Assembly: GCA_035691665.1 (NCBI GenBank)
Contig: DASSIS010000064.1
Span: 73-64,072, forward strand
Direction: 5' to 3'
Source of the DNA: Gammaproteobacteria bacterium
Lineage (GTDB): Bacteria; Pseudomonadota; Gammaproteobacteria; Natronospirales; REEB76
Length of the DNA stretch: 64,000 nt
Part shown: piece after piece, positions 9,452 to 18,802 of the stretch
Numbering within the stretch: the first letter of the stretch is position 1
Layout: each line of letters starts with the position of its first letter
Translations under genes and position numbers: made by a program
Notes under the pieces: generated by a model
Databases searched by the model: none
Told to the model about the DNA's origin: nothing
The model's input: only the letters and a program-made list of their open reading frames with translations

Positions 9452-10210
9452 TCAGTGCCTGTGGCTCTGCTGGCCTGGATCGGCGTACGCCGGGTCCATG
9501 GTGCCATCGGACCACTTCGCGACCAGCACCATGAAGATGCTCGTCTGTGCGACGTTGGTAGAATCGCCCTGCACCGGTGAACCGGGAATGTTGGCGCCCC
9601 ACTGCGAGTCTTGGGTGCGTGGCTCGACAAACATTACATGCGGATGCCAGGGGTGTGCCGAATCGTTGATGTACTGCTGTTTCGACAGCATGAAGACCAT
9701 GCCGCCGGGCAGCGGCGGCGTCAGCCTGCCATCCTTCCACTCGGCTGCTTCCCGCGCCTGCATCTCGGCCAAGGAGACGCCGGCCAGCACCCATTCGGTG
9801 CGGGTGAGATAGCGGGGCAGGAAGGAGACCGAGCGTGCCGACACCGCATTGATGCACTGCGGTGTGCGGATCTTCGGGTTCCAGAATTCCGGGTTGTCGA
9901 AGCTCATGTCCCAGGATCTGAACACCAGGCAGACGAAGCCATTGGTCCCCTTGGCAACCGTCTCGTAGCCGTGCGATCCCAGTACCATCACGTCCGCATG
10001 GTCCGAGACGGAGGCGGGCGCTGCGCTCTTGGCGAGGGCGATCTCGGCAGCTTGGCTGCTCGACTGATACTGGGCGAGCGGCGCCATGGCGGGATAAGGA
10101 GATGTCGCGCCATCTGCCAGGGCTGGGGTCGTCACCAAGGCCGCGATCAAGCATCCCGCCACGAAGGCGGTATGGCGAACGCTTCTGGTTCTGGACTGGG
10201 TCGTATTCAT
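9452..10210 (-). CDS. Secreted conserved hypothetical protein
   Basis: 252 aa with signal peptide ...FVAGCLIAALVTTPALA. Coding-like composition. No motif I can name. Confidence 0.7.
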   Translation of the reverse strand: MNTTQSRTRSVRHTAFVAGCLIAALVTTPALADGATSPYPAMAPLAQYQSSSQAAEIALAKSAAPASVSDHADVMVLGSHGYETVAKGTNGFVCLVFRSWDMSFDNPEFWNPKIRTPQCINAVSARSVSFLPRYLTRTEWVLAGVSLAEMQAREAAEWKDGRLTPPLPGGMVFMLSKQQYINDSAHPWHPHVMFVEPRTQDSQWGANIPGSPVQGDSTNVAQTSIFMVLVAKWSDGTMDPAYADPGQQSHRH

Positions 10211-10363
10211 GGTCGTGTTCCTCGGTGGTAGTCCAGCTTATATAGATTCGGGTCAGGCAGATTGGTTCAAACCACACTGAGCGGTGCGTGACTCGGTCGA
10301 CGAGACCGCATTTACATGAGACGGGTCTGATAATTGCCGGCATCGGTCAGGGATATTCGGCGA

Positions 10364-10413
10364 TATCTTTTATCAGAATCTGCGCTTATGTCGACCGAAC
10401 TGACTGTTTTGAT
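10364..10413 (+). promoter_or_regulatory. 50-bp upstream module, copy 1 (homologous to 11426..11475)
   Basis: TATCTTTTATCAGAAT...CGAACTGACTGTTTTGAT lies about 280 bp upstream of the 10644 start. Gap-free hand alignment to the second copy gives 34/50 matches, with both ends conserved. Confidence 0.4.
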
Positions 10414-10643
10414 CGTCCAATCAACGAGTGATTCGCCATGGTGAGATAAGGCTTATAGTCGGGTTCGTTGTCCGGTATGGATCATGTCCGAAAGACTTCC
10501 CCGCTTCAGAAATCGACATCAGGCATTCGTCGGTTGGATTTGCGCAAAAAAGCAACGGCAGTTGAGGGAACCTTTAAGACTTAAATCAGCTCGAAATCAC
10601 CGGACACATCAGTCAGCATATCGATCCACCCAGGAGAGAGACC

Positions 10644-11237
10644 ATGAACACATGCAAGTTCTTCGATGGGAGACATACGGCCAGGGTGATGCCCTTGGGC
10701 CTACTCGCCATCGCGCTGGGCGCGGCTTTCCTGCTTGTCCCAGTTGCCGGTGCCATGACCGGAGATTCGTCGTCTCCGCACGCCAAGCTCGCGCTATGGG
10801 TGGGGCATTGGAGGGTACGCATCGATACTAAGGAGACGAAGTTTAGCCATGCCGCCACGGAATACTTCGACTCGAAATGCTCTTTCCTCCCCCATGGAAC
10901 TTTCGTGGCTTGCGAGTACTTGAATATCTCGCAGGATCCCATTGCAGGTCGTCCCATAAACGACGTCTCGCTCTTCTATTACAGCGATGTCGACAAGGTC
11001 TTCAAATACACGAATGTGGGCCCGGAAGGCGGGCCGAGTGAAAACGTCTTTCAAGTGGATGGGACCGTGTGGACCAGGCCGTTTGAGATTCAAAGCAAGA
11101 GCTACGGCATGATCGATGCCCGGGAGATCTATACATTCGTCTCTCCTGACAAACAGTCGGGTCGGCTCGAGATATCGATCGACAAGGGCACCCACTGGAC
11201 CGTGGTGCACGAGGCGATCGCCACGAGAGAACCTTAA
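10644..11237 (+). CDS. Secreted hypothetical protein (possibly DUF1579/lipocalin-like) inside a lower-GC islet
   Basis: 197 aa. RBS is CAGGAGAGAG. Signal peptide is MPLGLLAIALGAAFLLVPVAGA. Codon usage is visibly less GC-biased than in its neighbours. Confidence 0.7.
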   Translation: MNTCKFFDGRHTARVMPLGLLAIALGAAFLLVPVAGAMTGDSSSPHAKLALWVGHWRVRIDTKETKFSHAATEYFDSKCSFLPHGTFVACEYLNISQDPIAGRPINDVSLFYYSDVDKVFKYTNVGPEGGPSENVFQVDGTVWTRPFEIQSKSYGMIDAREIYTFVSPDKQSGRLEISIDKGTHWTVVHEAIATREP

Positions 11238-11425
11238 GCGGAGCGCCGAATCCGTTCCATGCAAGCGGCTCTCGCCTGAATAAGGCCGATTCCTACGGGG
11301 ATGCCCGAATGGGGCCAACGTGGCCCAAGAAACCTCATGAGTTCGTGCACGGCTCGCCCGGCGACGCCTCGCTTATATATGAGGCAAATCCAACAATTGC
11401 GTGGATCCGCCATGAAGGATCGAAG

Positions 11426-11475
11426 TATCTTTTATCCGAATTGAATGTTTAATCAAACGAATTGAATGTCTTAAT
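11426..11475 (+). promoter_or_regulatory. 50-bp upstream module, copy 2, containing a tandem 21-bp-phased direct repeat
   Basis: TATCTTTTATC is followed by CGAATTGAATGTTTAAT (11437..11453) and CGAATTGAATGTCTTAAT (11458..11475). The module lies about 300 bp upstream of the TonB-dependent receptor start. Confidence 0.45.
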
Positions 11476-11728
11476 GGCCCAACTGCATTTTCTCCTCTCT
11501 TGACTGCTCTAAATCGACCGTTCCCCTCGTAGCTCCTGTGCGTCCTGTGGCAGAGAATGGCTCTCACGCGTGAGTGCTGTTGTATTTGTGCAGTGGTACT
11601 CCGCACGAGGCAGTAAAGCCTGTTTGTTTCGTGCCAGGAGCCTGTTGTGAGTCGGCAACATCCGAATCGCAACCCACACGAGACGCAGGGTCGATCAAAC
11701 ATCCACAGCGGAGGCGAGAGAGAACCAT

Positions 11729-14700
11729 ATGAACAGCAATCAAATCGGGAAGGCCGTACGTTATGCACTCCTCGCGGGCACGGCATCGGCGCTCGCGACT
11801 CCTTCTGTCTTCGCCGCGGACGCGGCCGCCACCACGGCCAGCACCGACCAGAGCACCGCGCAACTGGGCAAGATCGAAGTGACGGGTACGCGCATCAAGC
11901 GCACCAGCGTCGAGACCGCCCAGCCGATCACCGTGGTGACGGCGCAGGAGATCAAGGCCTCCGGTTTCGCCAACATCGGCGATGTGTTGCAGAGCCTCAC
12001 GTCCACGGGTTCCGCCGTCAATGAACAGGTCAATAACGGTAACGGCGGCGAAGAAAATATGGACCTGAGGAACTTAGGTCCGCAGCGCGTGTTGGTGCTC
12101 GTGAACGGCCATCGCTGGGTGCCGGAGATCGACAACGCCGTCGACCTTCAGACCATCCCTGCCTCGGTGATCGACCATATCGAGATCCTGCAGGACGGCG
12201 CCTCGGCCATCTACGGCTCTGACGCCATCGCGGGCGTGGTCAACGTGATCACGGTGAAGGATTTCAGCGGCGCTGAAGCCAATGCCTACATAGGTATGTA
12301 TCACGGCAACGGCCATAACGACGGCAAGAAGCAGGAATACGACTACACCTTGGGCTCAAGCGGCGACAAGAGCGGTGTGGTGATGAACGTCTCCTACAAC
12401 AACGAGTCGGGCAACTACGCGGGTAGCCGCACTCTTACCAAAGAAGCCATCTACGGCATCGGCGGCGGCAGCAGCTCGGTCCCCGGAGGCCGCTTCATCA
12501 TCAACAATGGCAGCATTTGCGGTGCCATGCCCGGGGTGACTGAGAGCCCCCTTTTCCCGCCGAACACGCCAGGCGGCAGCAACAATATACCTGGTGCCCC
12601 CGGTCCGGCCACTGAGTGCGACGTCACCCTGAAGGCCCCCGGTGCTGTCCCGACGCCGAACGCCACCAGCGATTGGCGCGACTTCGCCGGCTCGGATGAA
12701 TTCAACTACGCCCCCCTGAACTATCTCATAGCCCCGAGCGAGCGCACTTCCCTCTACGTGCAGGGCCATTACGACTTGGCGGACAACCTGACTTTCACCA
12801 CCACGGTGCTGTTCAACAACCGCAATTCCCTGCAGCAGCTGGCTCCGGAACCCCTGTTCCTGGGCGAAGAGAACAACGGTGTGCAGAACAACGGCGAGAA
12901 CATCGGTGTGGGCGCGGACAACCCGTTCAACCCCTTCAAGGTCGACTTGGTGCCCTATCCCAAGTTCGACCCGGTGGACCCGAAAAACCCGATCCTGGGT
13001 GCCCAGGTCCCCGACCCCAACTTCGCCGGCTGGTGCGCGCTCTACGGCTCGGCCAACTGCATGACCACCGGCGTGGAACTCGTCTCCCTGCGCCGTCGCG
13101 GTACTCCCCAGGAGCTCGGCGACCGCGTGCAGAACGAGAACATAGATACGTTCCACTGGTCAGCCGGTTTCAAGGGCTACTTCAACATGCTCGGCAACGA
13201 GTGGGACTGGGACGTCAACGGTGCCTACAACAGCAATTTCCGCGAACAATCCCTCACCGGTGACTTCAACACCTCGCAGCTCCAGGCGTCCTTGAGCAGT
13301 TCCTGCGCGGCGACGGCTGGCTGCGTGCCGCTGAATATATTTGGCGGTGCCGGTGCGGCGGGGCAGACCATCACCCCGGCCATGTCCTCGTTCGTCGGCT
13401 TCGAGGCCCATAACATCGATCGCCAGGATGTCCGCAACTATGGTGCCGATATCAGCGGCGACCTGTTCGACCTGCCTGCGGGCCCCGTGGGCCTGGCCCT
13501 GGGCTACGAGTACCTGGAGCAGAACGGCTTCGACCATTCGGACGCGTTGATCGCCCTGGGCGTCACCACCGGCAACGCCGCCAAGCCGACCAATGGCCGG
13601 GTGGCGACCGACGCCGAGTACTTCGAGTTCAACATCCCGCTGGTTGCCGATGCTCCGTTCATGAAGGACGTGAGCCTCGACCTTGCCGACCGCTTCTCCC
13701 AGTTCAAGTGGGGTGGCATCGGTCAGGGTCAGGTGTTCATCCCGGGCGCCGACCATGCCTCCACGGCCCGCGCGGCCCTGCGCTGGCAGGTCAACGACAA
13801 CCTCTTGCTGCGCGGTAGCTGGTCCCAGGGCTTTAGGGTACCGAGCATCAGCGAGTTCTATGAGGGCATCAACAACAACTTCCCGGCGGTCACGGATCCC
13901 TGCACCATCGGCAATGCCGGCGGCGCGTTCTGCGCGTCCAACGGCCATCCGGTGGTGGCCAAGCAGATCAGCGGCCAGATCAGCACCATCGCCGGCGGCA
14001 ACGCGAAAATGACCCCGGAGAAGTCCATCTCCAAGACGGTCGGCTTCGTGTACAACCCCGACTGGATGCCGGGGTACGACTTGAGCGTGGACTACTACCA
14101 CATCAGCCTGGTGAATACGGTCGCGACGATCGGTCCCGACAACATCCTGGATGGGTGTTATCAGGCCAACGTGCAGAGCTACTGCAAGCTGATCCAGGTG
14201 GTGAGCGGTCAGGTCAACCAGATCGAGAATATCAACACCAACGTGGGCTCGACCATCACGGACGGCTTCGATATCGCCACACACTACAAGTTCCCGAGCA
14301 CCAGCGCGGGCGACTTCAAGCTGGGCGTGGATATCACCATCCTGAAGCGCTTCGACAAGACGGTGCCGAACGCCACCGTGCCGGGCGGCTACGCCGTCAG
14401 CAAGCTGGCGGGATGGTCCGTGCCGAACGCGCCGCTCAGCGTCAATCCGGGTTCCGGCGCGACTTATCCGAAGCGCCGTCTGAATCTGAGCCTGAACTGG
14501 CACTACGGCGACTGGTCGGCTATGTGGTCCATGTACTACGTCGACCACACCGTCGAACCCTGCACCAACGCCAACGCTTCGCCGACCACGGTGATCGCGA
14601 ACTGCACCTATAACAACGATGCGAAGAACGCCGCTACGTACAATCACTACTTCCAACTCGGCGTCTTCAGCCATCCGTTCACGGCCAACCAGGCGGCACA

Positions 14701-14944
14701 GACCTGGAATGCCCAGGGTGTGACGGCCTATCTGGGCCAGAACCACATCGGTGCGGTGACCTACCACGACGTGGAGGCTACTTATCACATGGACAGCTGG
14801 AACACCGACTTCACCTTCGGTATCCAGAACCTGTTCGGCAAGCAGCCGCCGTCGTCGATGAGTTCGTTCTCGAACAGCTACTATCCGTTCTACAACCGGA
14901 TCCCCGGCCAGTTCTTCTTCGGCCGGGTAAGCGTGAAGTTCTGA
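11729..14944 (+). CDS. TonB-dependent outer-membrane receptor (large, about 1070 aa)
   Basis: Signal peptide, then a plug region (KIEVTGTRIKR...PITVVTAQEI...VLVLVNGHR...IEILQDGASAIYGSDAIAGVVNVI). Long beta-barrel with a terminal ...FFFGRVSVKF. Confidence 0.95.
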   Translation: MNSNQIGKAVRYALLAGTASALATPSVFAADAAATTASTDQSTAQLGKIEVTGTRIKRTSVETAQPITVVTAQEIKASGFANIGDVLQSLTSTGSAVNEQVNNGNGGEENMDLRNLGPQRVLVLVNGHRWVPEIDNAVDLQTIPASVIDHIEILQDGASAIYGSDAIAGVVNVITVKDFSGAEANAYIGMYHGNGHNDGKKQEYDYTLGSSGDKSGVVMNVSYNNESGNYAGSRTLTKEAIYGIGGGSSSVPGGRFIINNGSICGAMPGVTESPLFPPNTPGGSNNIPGAPGPATECDVTLKAPGAVPTPNATSDWRDFAGSDEFNYAPLNYLIAPSERTSLYVQGHYDLADNLTFTTTVLFNNRNSLQQLAPEPLFLGEENNGVQNNGENIGVGADNPFNPFKVDLVPYPKFDPVDPKNPILGAQVPDPNFAGWCALYGSANCMTTGVELVSLRRRGTPQELGDRVQNENIDTFHWSAGFKGYFNMLGNEWDWDVNGAYNSNFREQSLTGDFNTSQLQASLSSSCAATAGCVPLNIFGGAGAAGQTITPAMSSFVGFEAHNIDRQDVRNYGADISGDLFDLPAGPVGLALGYEYLEQNGFDHSDALIALGVTTGNAAKPTNGRVATDAEYFEFNIPLVADAPFMKDVSLDLADRFSQFKWGGIGQGQVFIPGADHASTARAALRWQVNDNLLLRGSWSQGFRVPSISEFYEGINNNFPAVTDPCTIGNAGGAFCASNGHPVVAKQISGQISTIAGGNAKMTPEKSISKTVGFVYNPDWMPGYDLSVDYYHISLVNTVATIGPDNILDGCYQANVQSYCKLIQVVSGQVNQIENINTNVGSTITDGFDIATHYKFPSTSAGDFKLGVDITILKRFDKTVPNATVPGGYAVSKLAGWSVPNAPLSVNPGSGATYPKRRLNLSLNWHYGDWSAMWSMYYVDHTVEPCTNANASPTTVIANCTYNNDAKNAATYNHYFQLGVFSHPFTANQAAQTWNAQGVTAYLGQNHIGAVTYHDVEATYHMDSWNTDFTFGIQNLFGKQPPSSMSSFSNSYYPFYNRIPGQFFFGRVSVKF

Positions 14945-14984
14945 ACGGACGGGAGTTTGCTGGAGAGAGGTGCTCCTGAGACTT

Positions 14985-15015
14985 GCGGCCCCGGAAACGG
15001 GGCCGCTCTTTTTTT
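14985..15015 (+). terminator. Rho-independent terminator of the receptor gene
   Basis: GCGGCCCCGGAAACGGGGCCGC is followed by TCTTTTTTT, about 40 nt after the stop codon. Confidence 0.85.
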
Positions 15016-15297
15016 GAAAGCGGGATTCGAAGTGGAGCTTCGCACGGGGGGCAGGGATGTACGCCCTGGGCCGTAAGCGGGCGAGCAGGGCGCCTGCGAG
15101 CGCCCGCGCAGGATGTGCGGGCCGGGGTATTTGCGTAGCAGGATGCGAAGCAAGAGGGGATGCGTAGCGATTAAGGGCGCCAATGCCGCGGCGGGCGGGA
15201 GCTCCGGCAGGAACTCCGAGGCGGTGACTTAAGGGCGATCGGATCTCAGAAGGATTGGGGACGGGGGCGGGTCAAGGCGAGCTTGCCACCCGGTTCC

Positions 15298-16119
15298 TCA
15301 GGCCGGTGGACTGGCGCTCCCCGCGCCGTTCTTCTTCCACCTGGCCAGCAGGGTCTGGATGTTCATCTTGTAGGTGACGCCGGAGGTCATGGTGCTGCCG
15401 TCCAGCATGGTGAAGGCATAGCGCGAGCCCGCGGCACGCACGTCGCGGATCTGGTCGACGTTCAGAATCACCGAGCGATGGATGCGGACGAAGTGGTGGG
15501 CAGTGAGCTTGCTCTCCATCTGGGAGATGCGCTCGCTGGTGTGGATCACCTCGCCGGTGGTCATGTGCAGGTTCACGTAGCTGCCGTCGGCGATCAGGTG
15601 GCGGATGTGCTCGAGGCTCAGGAAGCGTACCCGCCGGCCGATCTTCACTGGAACCCGGTCCGACACGGTCGCGGCTTCCACCGTCGGGCCCGCCTGCGGG
15701 ACCTTGAGGCCACGCAGCAGATCCTCCATGCCGACCAGGCCGTCGGCCCGCCGTTCCAGGTCCAGGCTGCCGCGCAGGCGGATCAGGGCCTGTTGGAGGC
15801 GCGCACCGTCCACGGGCTTCAGGACGTAGTCCATGACGCGGGCGTCGTAGGCTTCCAGGGCGTAGTCGTCGTAGGCGCTGACGATGATGGTGTAAGGGCG
15901 CTTGCTGAAGCCGTTCTTCCGCAGCATCTCGAGGCCCGTGAGGGCCGGCATCTGCACGTCCAGGAACAACGCGTCGGGTTTGAGCGTCTCCACCATCTGC
16001 GCGGTCTCTTGCCCGCTGCAGCACTCGCCGACGATCTCCACGTCCGTTTCCCGGGCGAGCAGGGATCGTAGGCCTGTGCGCGCCAGCTTCTCGTCGTCTG
16101 CGATCAGGACCCGAATCAT
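15298..16119 (-). CDS. LytTR/AlgR-family response regulator (REC + LytTR DNA-binding domain)
   Basis: MIRVLIADDE...FLDVQMPALTGLE...DYVLKP forms the receiver domain. The C-terminal FVRIHRSVILNVDQI is the LytTR signature. Confidence 0.92.
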   Translation of the reverse strand: MIRVLIADDEKLARTGLRSLLARETDVEIVGECCSGQETAQMVETLKPDALFLDVQMPALTGLEMLRKNGFSKRPYTIIVSAYDDYALEAYDARVMDYVLKPVDGARLQQALIRLRGSLDLERRADGLVGMEDLLRGLKVPQAGPTVEAATVSDRVPVKIGRRVRFLSLEHIRHLIADGSYVNLHMTTGEVIHTSERISQMESKLTAHHFVRIHRSVILNVDQIRDVRAAGSRYAFTMLDGSTMTSGVTYKMNIQTLLARWKKNGAGSASPPA

Positions 16120-16355
16120 GTGTGGATTCTGCCACGGCAGGATTTCTGGGCAAGCGAAGTTCTGCGCTGGAGCGGCCGTTTATAAGGCTCTATGAGACTT
16201 TAGATGCGGCGAATCGTACTGAATTAACGTCCAATCCATGTTTGAGCAAAACGATTCGGGCCGCTATTTATGTATAGTAAAGGCATGCGCGGAATGTCTT
16301 GAGTCGCCTATCGCGACGCCGCAGACGCTCGACCGTATCTTTTTTGGACCGGACC

Positions 16356-17549
16356 ATGGAATCCAGCAGCGCGCCACTCCACCGGCATAGACGCATCATG
16401 CTGATCCTCGCCAACAGCGTGGCGATATGGTTCTGTGTGACCGCTTCGGATCTGTCAGGTGTCTATCTCCAGCGTGAGTCCCGGCTACCCGGGGCAGGTG
16501 GCATAGACGCAGACATGGCGGCGGGCTTGTTGCGCCACGGGCTGATGCTGCCCTTGCTGATCATCTTCTACTTCGTGGCCCTCCACGTCTACGACAGCGC
16601 GCTGCGCCCCGCGGCCAAATGGACGCTGCAGGTGTGCCTGGGGCTGGGCTACGGTATCGCCACCTATCCCTTGATGTTGGTGGCTGTGGCGATGCTCTAC
16701 GGCAGGGCAGACCACTACGAGATTGTGCCGGGCAGCTTCAGCGACGTGCTGTTCGCCAGGGTCTACATGTGGATCTATTACGCGAGCGGCTACGCGCTCA
16801 TGTATTTCCTGGGCCTATTCCTGACGTTCAACATGGCGAACCGGCTCGAGCTCGCGGAAGGGCGGGTACGGCTGGAAAAGCTCAATGCCGATTGGATGGC
16901 CTTGAAGCTCAAGGTGCTGCGCTGGCAGCTCAACCCCCATTTCCTGTTCAATAGCCTCAACACCGTCTCGGCGCTGCTGAAGTCGGCGCCGGCCAGGGCG
17001 GACAGCGTGTTGGCGAAGTTCAGCGGTTTGCTGCGCCTGACGCTGCGTGAACAGGAGAGCGCCTATATCACGGTGAGTGGAGAGCTCAATTACATACACA
17101 GCTATCTCGAGATGGAGATGGTCCGTTTCGAGGACCGTCTCGAACTCGACATCGAAGCCGATGAGGACGCTCTGGAAGCGCGGCTGCCCTGTTTCCTGGT
17201 GCAGCCCCTGGTGGAGAACGCCATCAAGCACGGCGTCGCCAAGGTCCCCGGGCCCGCCAAGATCGATGTCAGTATCTCACGCCGGGCCGGCCGACTGGTG
17301 ATATGCGTCAGGAACAGCTCTTCCAGGAAGTTCGTCGCGGAGCGGCCCGACGGCGGAGGCCTCGGTATCCGGAACCTGCGTGAGCGCTTGGAAGTGATCT
17401 ACCCGGGCGCCTACGCCTTCGAATATGGCCATGCCGAAAACGAAGATTGGAACGCCCTAATCGAGATCCCGCTTGAGATGGAGCCTCAGTCTGCGGCGGC
17501 GCGCGATGCCGGACTCCTCGCTGACCCGCGCTTGCGGCGGGCGCCATGA
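16356..17549 (+). CDS. LytS/AlgZ-type sensor histidine kinase (membrane N-terminus + His_kinase + HATPase)
   Basis: LRWQLNPHFLFNSLNTVSALL is the PF06580-type H-box, and QPLVENAIKHG...GGLGIRNLRERL is the ATPase part. The ORF opens at 16299. The start at 16356 is chosen because it is homologous to the Met of the paralogue. Confidence 0.88.
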   Translation: MESSSAPLHRHRRIMLILANSVAIWFCVTASDLSGVYLQRESRLPGAGGIDADMAAGLLRHGLMLPLLIIFYFVALHVYDSALRPAAKWTLQVCLGLGYGIATYPLMLVAVAMLYGRADHYEIVPGSFSDVLFARVYMWIYYASGYALMYFLGLFLTFNMANRLELAEGRVRLEKLNADWMALKLKVLRWQLNPHFLFNSLNTVSALLKSAPARADSVLAKFSGLLRLTLREQESAYITVSGELNYIHSYLEMEMVRFEDRLELDIEADEDALEARLPCFLVQPLVENAIKHGVAKVPGPAKIDVSISRRAGRLVICVRNSSSRKFVAERPDGGGLGIRNLRERLEVIYPGAYAFEYGHAENEDWNALIEIPLEMEPQSAAARDAGLLADPRLRRAP

Positions 17550-17614
17550 TCCGGGCCCTGCTCGTAAGGGTGAAGGCCCCTGTGGCGCCTGCCCCATACC
17601 TTCCGGGTCGGGTC

Positions 17615-18802
17615 ATGGGGTCCGGCAGCGTCCCGCTCCCCTGGCACAGACGCACCATGCTGATACTCACCAACGGCGTGGCGCTATGGGTCTGTCAGAC
17701 CGCTTCGGATCTATTGGGCGTCTATCTACAGCATGAGTCCGGGCCTTCTGGGGCGACTGCGATAGACGCAGATATGGTGACGGGTTTAACACACCATGTG
17801 ATGGTGCTGCCCTTGCTGATCATGCTCTACTTCGCCGCCTTCTACATCTACGACAGCGTGCTACGGCCCGCCGCCAAATGGATACTGCAGCTGTGCCTGG
17901 GGCTGGGTTACGGTATCGCTACCTATCCGCTGCTGTTCGTGACCGTGGCGATGCTCTACGGCAAGGCGGATCACGATGAAGCCGTGCCGGGCAGCTTCAT
18001 CCATGTGCTGTTCGCGAGGCCCTACATGTGGGTCTACAACGCAAGCGGATGGTCGCTACTTTATTTCGTGGGCTTGCTGCTGATATTCAATATGGCGAGC
18101 CGGCTCGAACTGGCAGAGGGCCGGGCACGGTTGGAACGCCTCAATGCCGAATGGATGGCCTTGAAGCTCAAGGTGCTGCGCTGGCAGCTCAATCCCCATT
18201 TCCTGTTCAACTGCCTCAACACGGTCTCGGCGCTCCTGAAGTCTGCGCCCGACCGGGCGGATACCGTGTTGTCGAAGTTCAGCGCCCTGCTGCGCCTGAC
18301 GCTTAGGGAACAGGAGAGCGCCTATATCACGGTGGGCGGCGAACTCAACTACATAAACAGCTATCTCGACATGGAGTTGATACGCTTCGAGGACCGCCTG
18401 GAGCTCGACATCGAGGCGGACGAAGATACCCTGGAGGCGTGCCTGCCCTGCTTCTTAGTACAGCCCCTGGTAGAGAACGCCATCAAGCACGGCGTCGCCA
18501 AGATCCCCGGCCCCGCGATGATCAGCGTCAGCGCCTCGCGACGTGACGATCGGCTGGTGATCTGCGTCCGGAACACCTCTTCCAGGAAGTTCGCCACGCC
18601 GCGCTCCGATGGCGGAGGCCTCGGCATCCGGAACCTGCGGGAGCGCCTGGAAGTGACCTATCCAGGTAAACATACGTTCCACTGCGGTTATGTGGAGAAC
18701 GATGCTTGGAGCACCATCATCGAGATCCCCTTCGAACGGGAGCCACCGGTAGAGGCAGGGCGCGATGCCGCGCCGGCCGGCCCCATGAGGAAGCTGGCAT
18801 GA
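17615..18802 (+). CDS. Second LytS/AlgZ-type sensor histidine kinase, tandem paralogue of 16356..17549
   Basis: Colinear with its neighbour over the full length (LRWQLNPHFLFNCLNTVSALL, QPLVENAIKHG). The ORF opens at 17546 with an ATGA overlap onto the upstream kinase. The conserved Met is at 17615, so the start is ambiguous. Confidence 0.85.
   Translation: MGSGSVPLPWHRRTMLILTNGVALWVCQTASDLLGVYLQHESGPSGATAIDADMVTGLTHHVMVLPLLIMLYFAAFYIYDSVLRPAAKWILQLCLGLGYGIATYPLLFVTVAMLYGKADHDEAVPGSFIHVLFARPYMWVYNASGWSLLYFVGLLLIFNMASRLELAEGRARLERLNAEWMALKLKVLRWQLNPHFLFNCLNTVSALLKSAPDRADTVLSKFSALLRLTLREQESAYITVGGELNYINSYLDMELIRFEDRLELDIEADEDTLEACLPCFLVQPLVENAIKHGVAKIPGPAMISVSASRRDDRLVICVRNTSSRKFATPRSDGGGLGIRNLRERLEVTYPGKHTFHCGYVENDAWSTIIEIPFEREPPVEAGRDAAPAGPMRKLA

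Noticed and set aside
11480-11728. Riboswitch (for example cobalamin) in the long leader of the TonB-dependent receptor
   Set aside because: I could not find a B12-box-like core or other conserved riboswitch elements by eye, and the receptor is far larger than BtuB. A covariance-model scan (Rfam/Infernal) would be needed to exclude it formally.
11373-11786. 137-aa minus-strand ORF (and 10484..10831 on the plus strand) inside the low-GC non-coding stretches
   Set aside because: Each overlaps the start of a well-supported gene. There is no RBS, and the composition is odd and Cys/Arg-rich. Both are probably non-coding.
16299-16355. N-terminal extensions of the two kinase ORFs (16299.. and 17546..) and of RR2 (18706..)
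   Set aside because: The extensions of the two paralogous kinases share no similarity, whereas similarity starts at the conserved Met residues. The RR2 extension overlaps the kinase 3-prime end. I kept them only as alternative starts.
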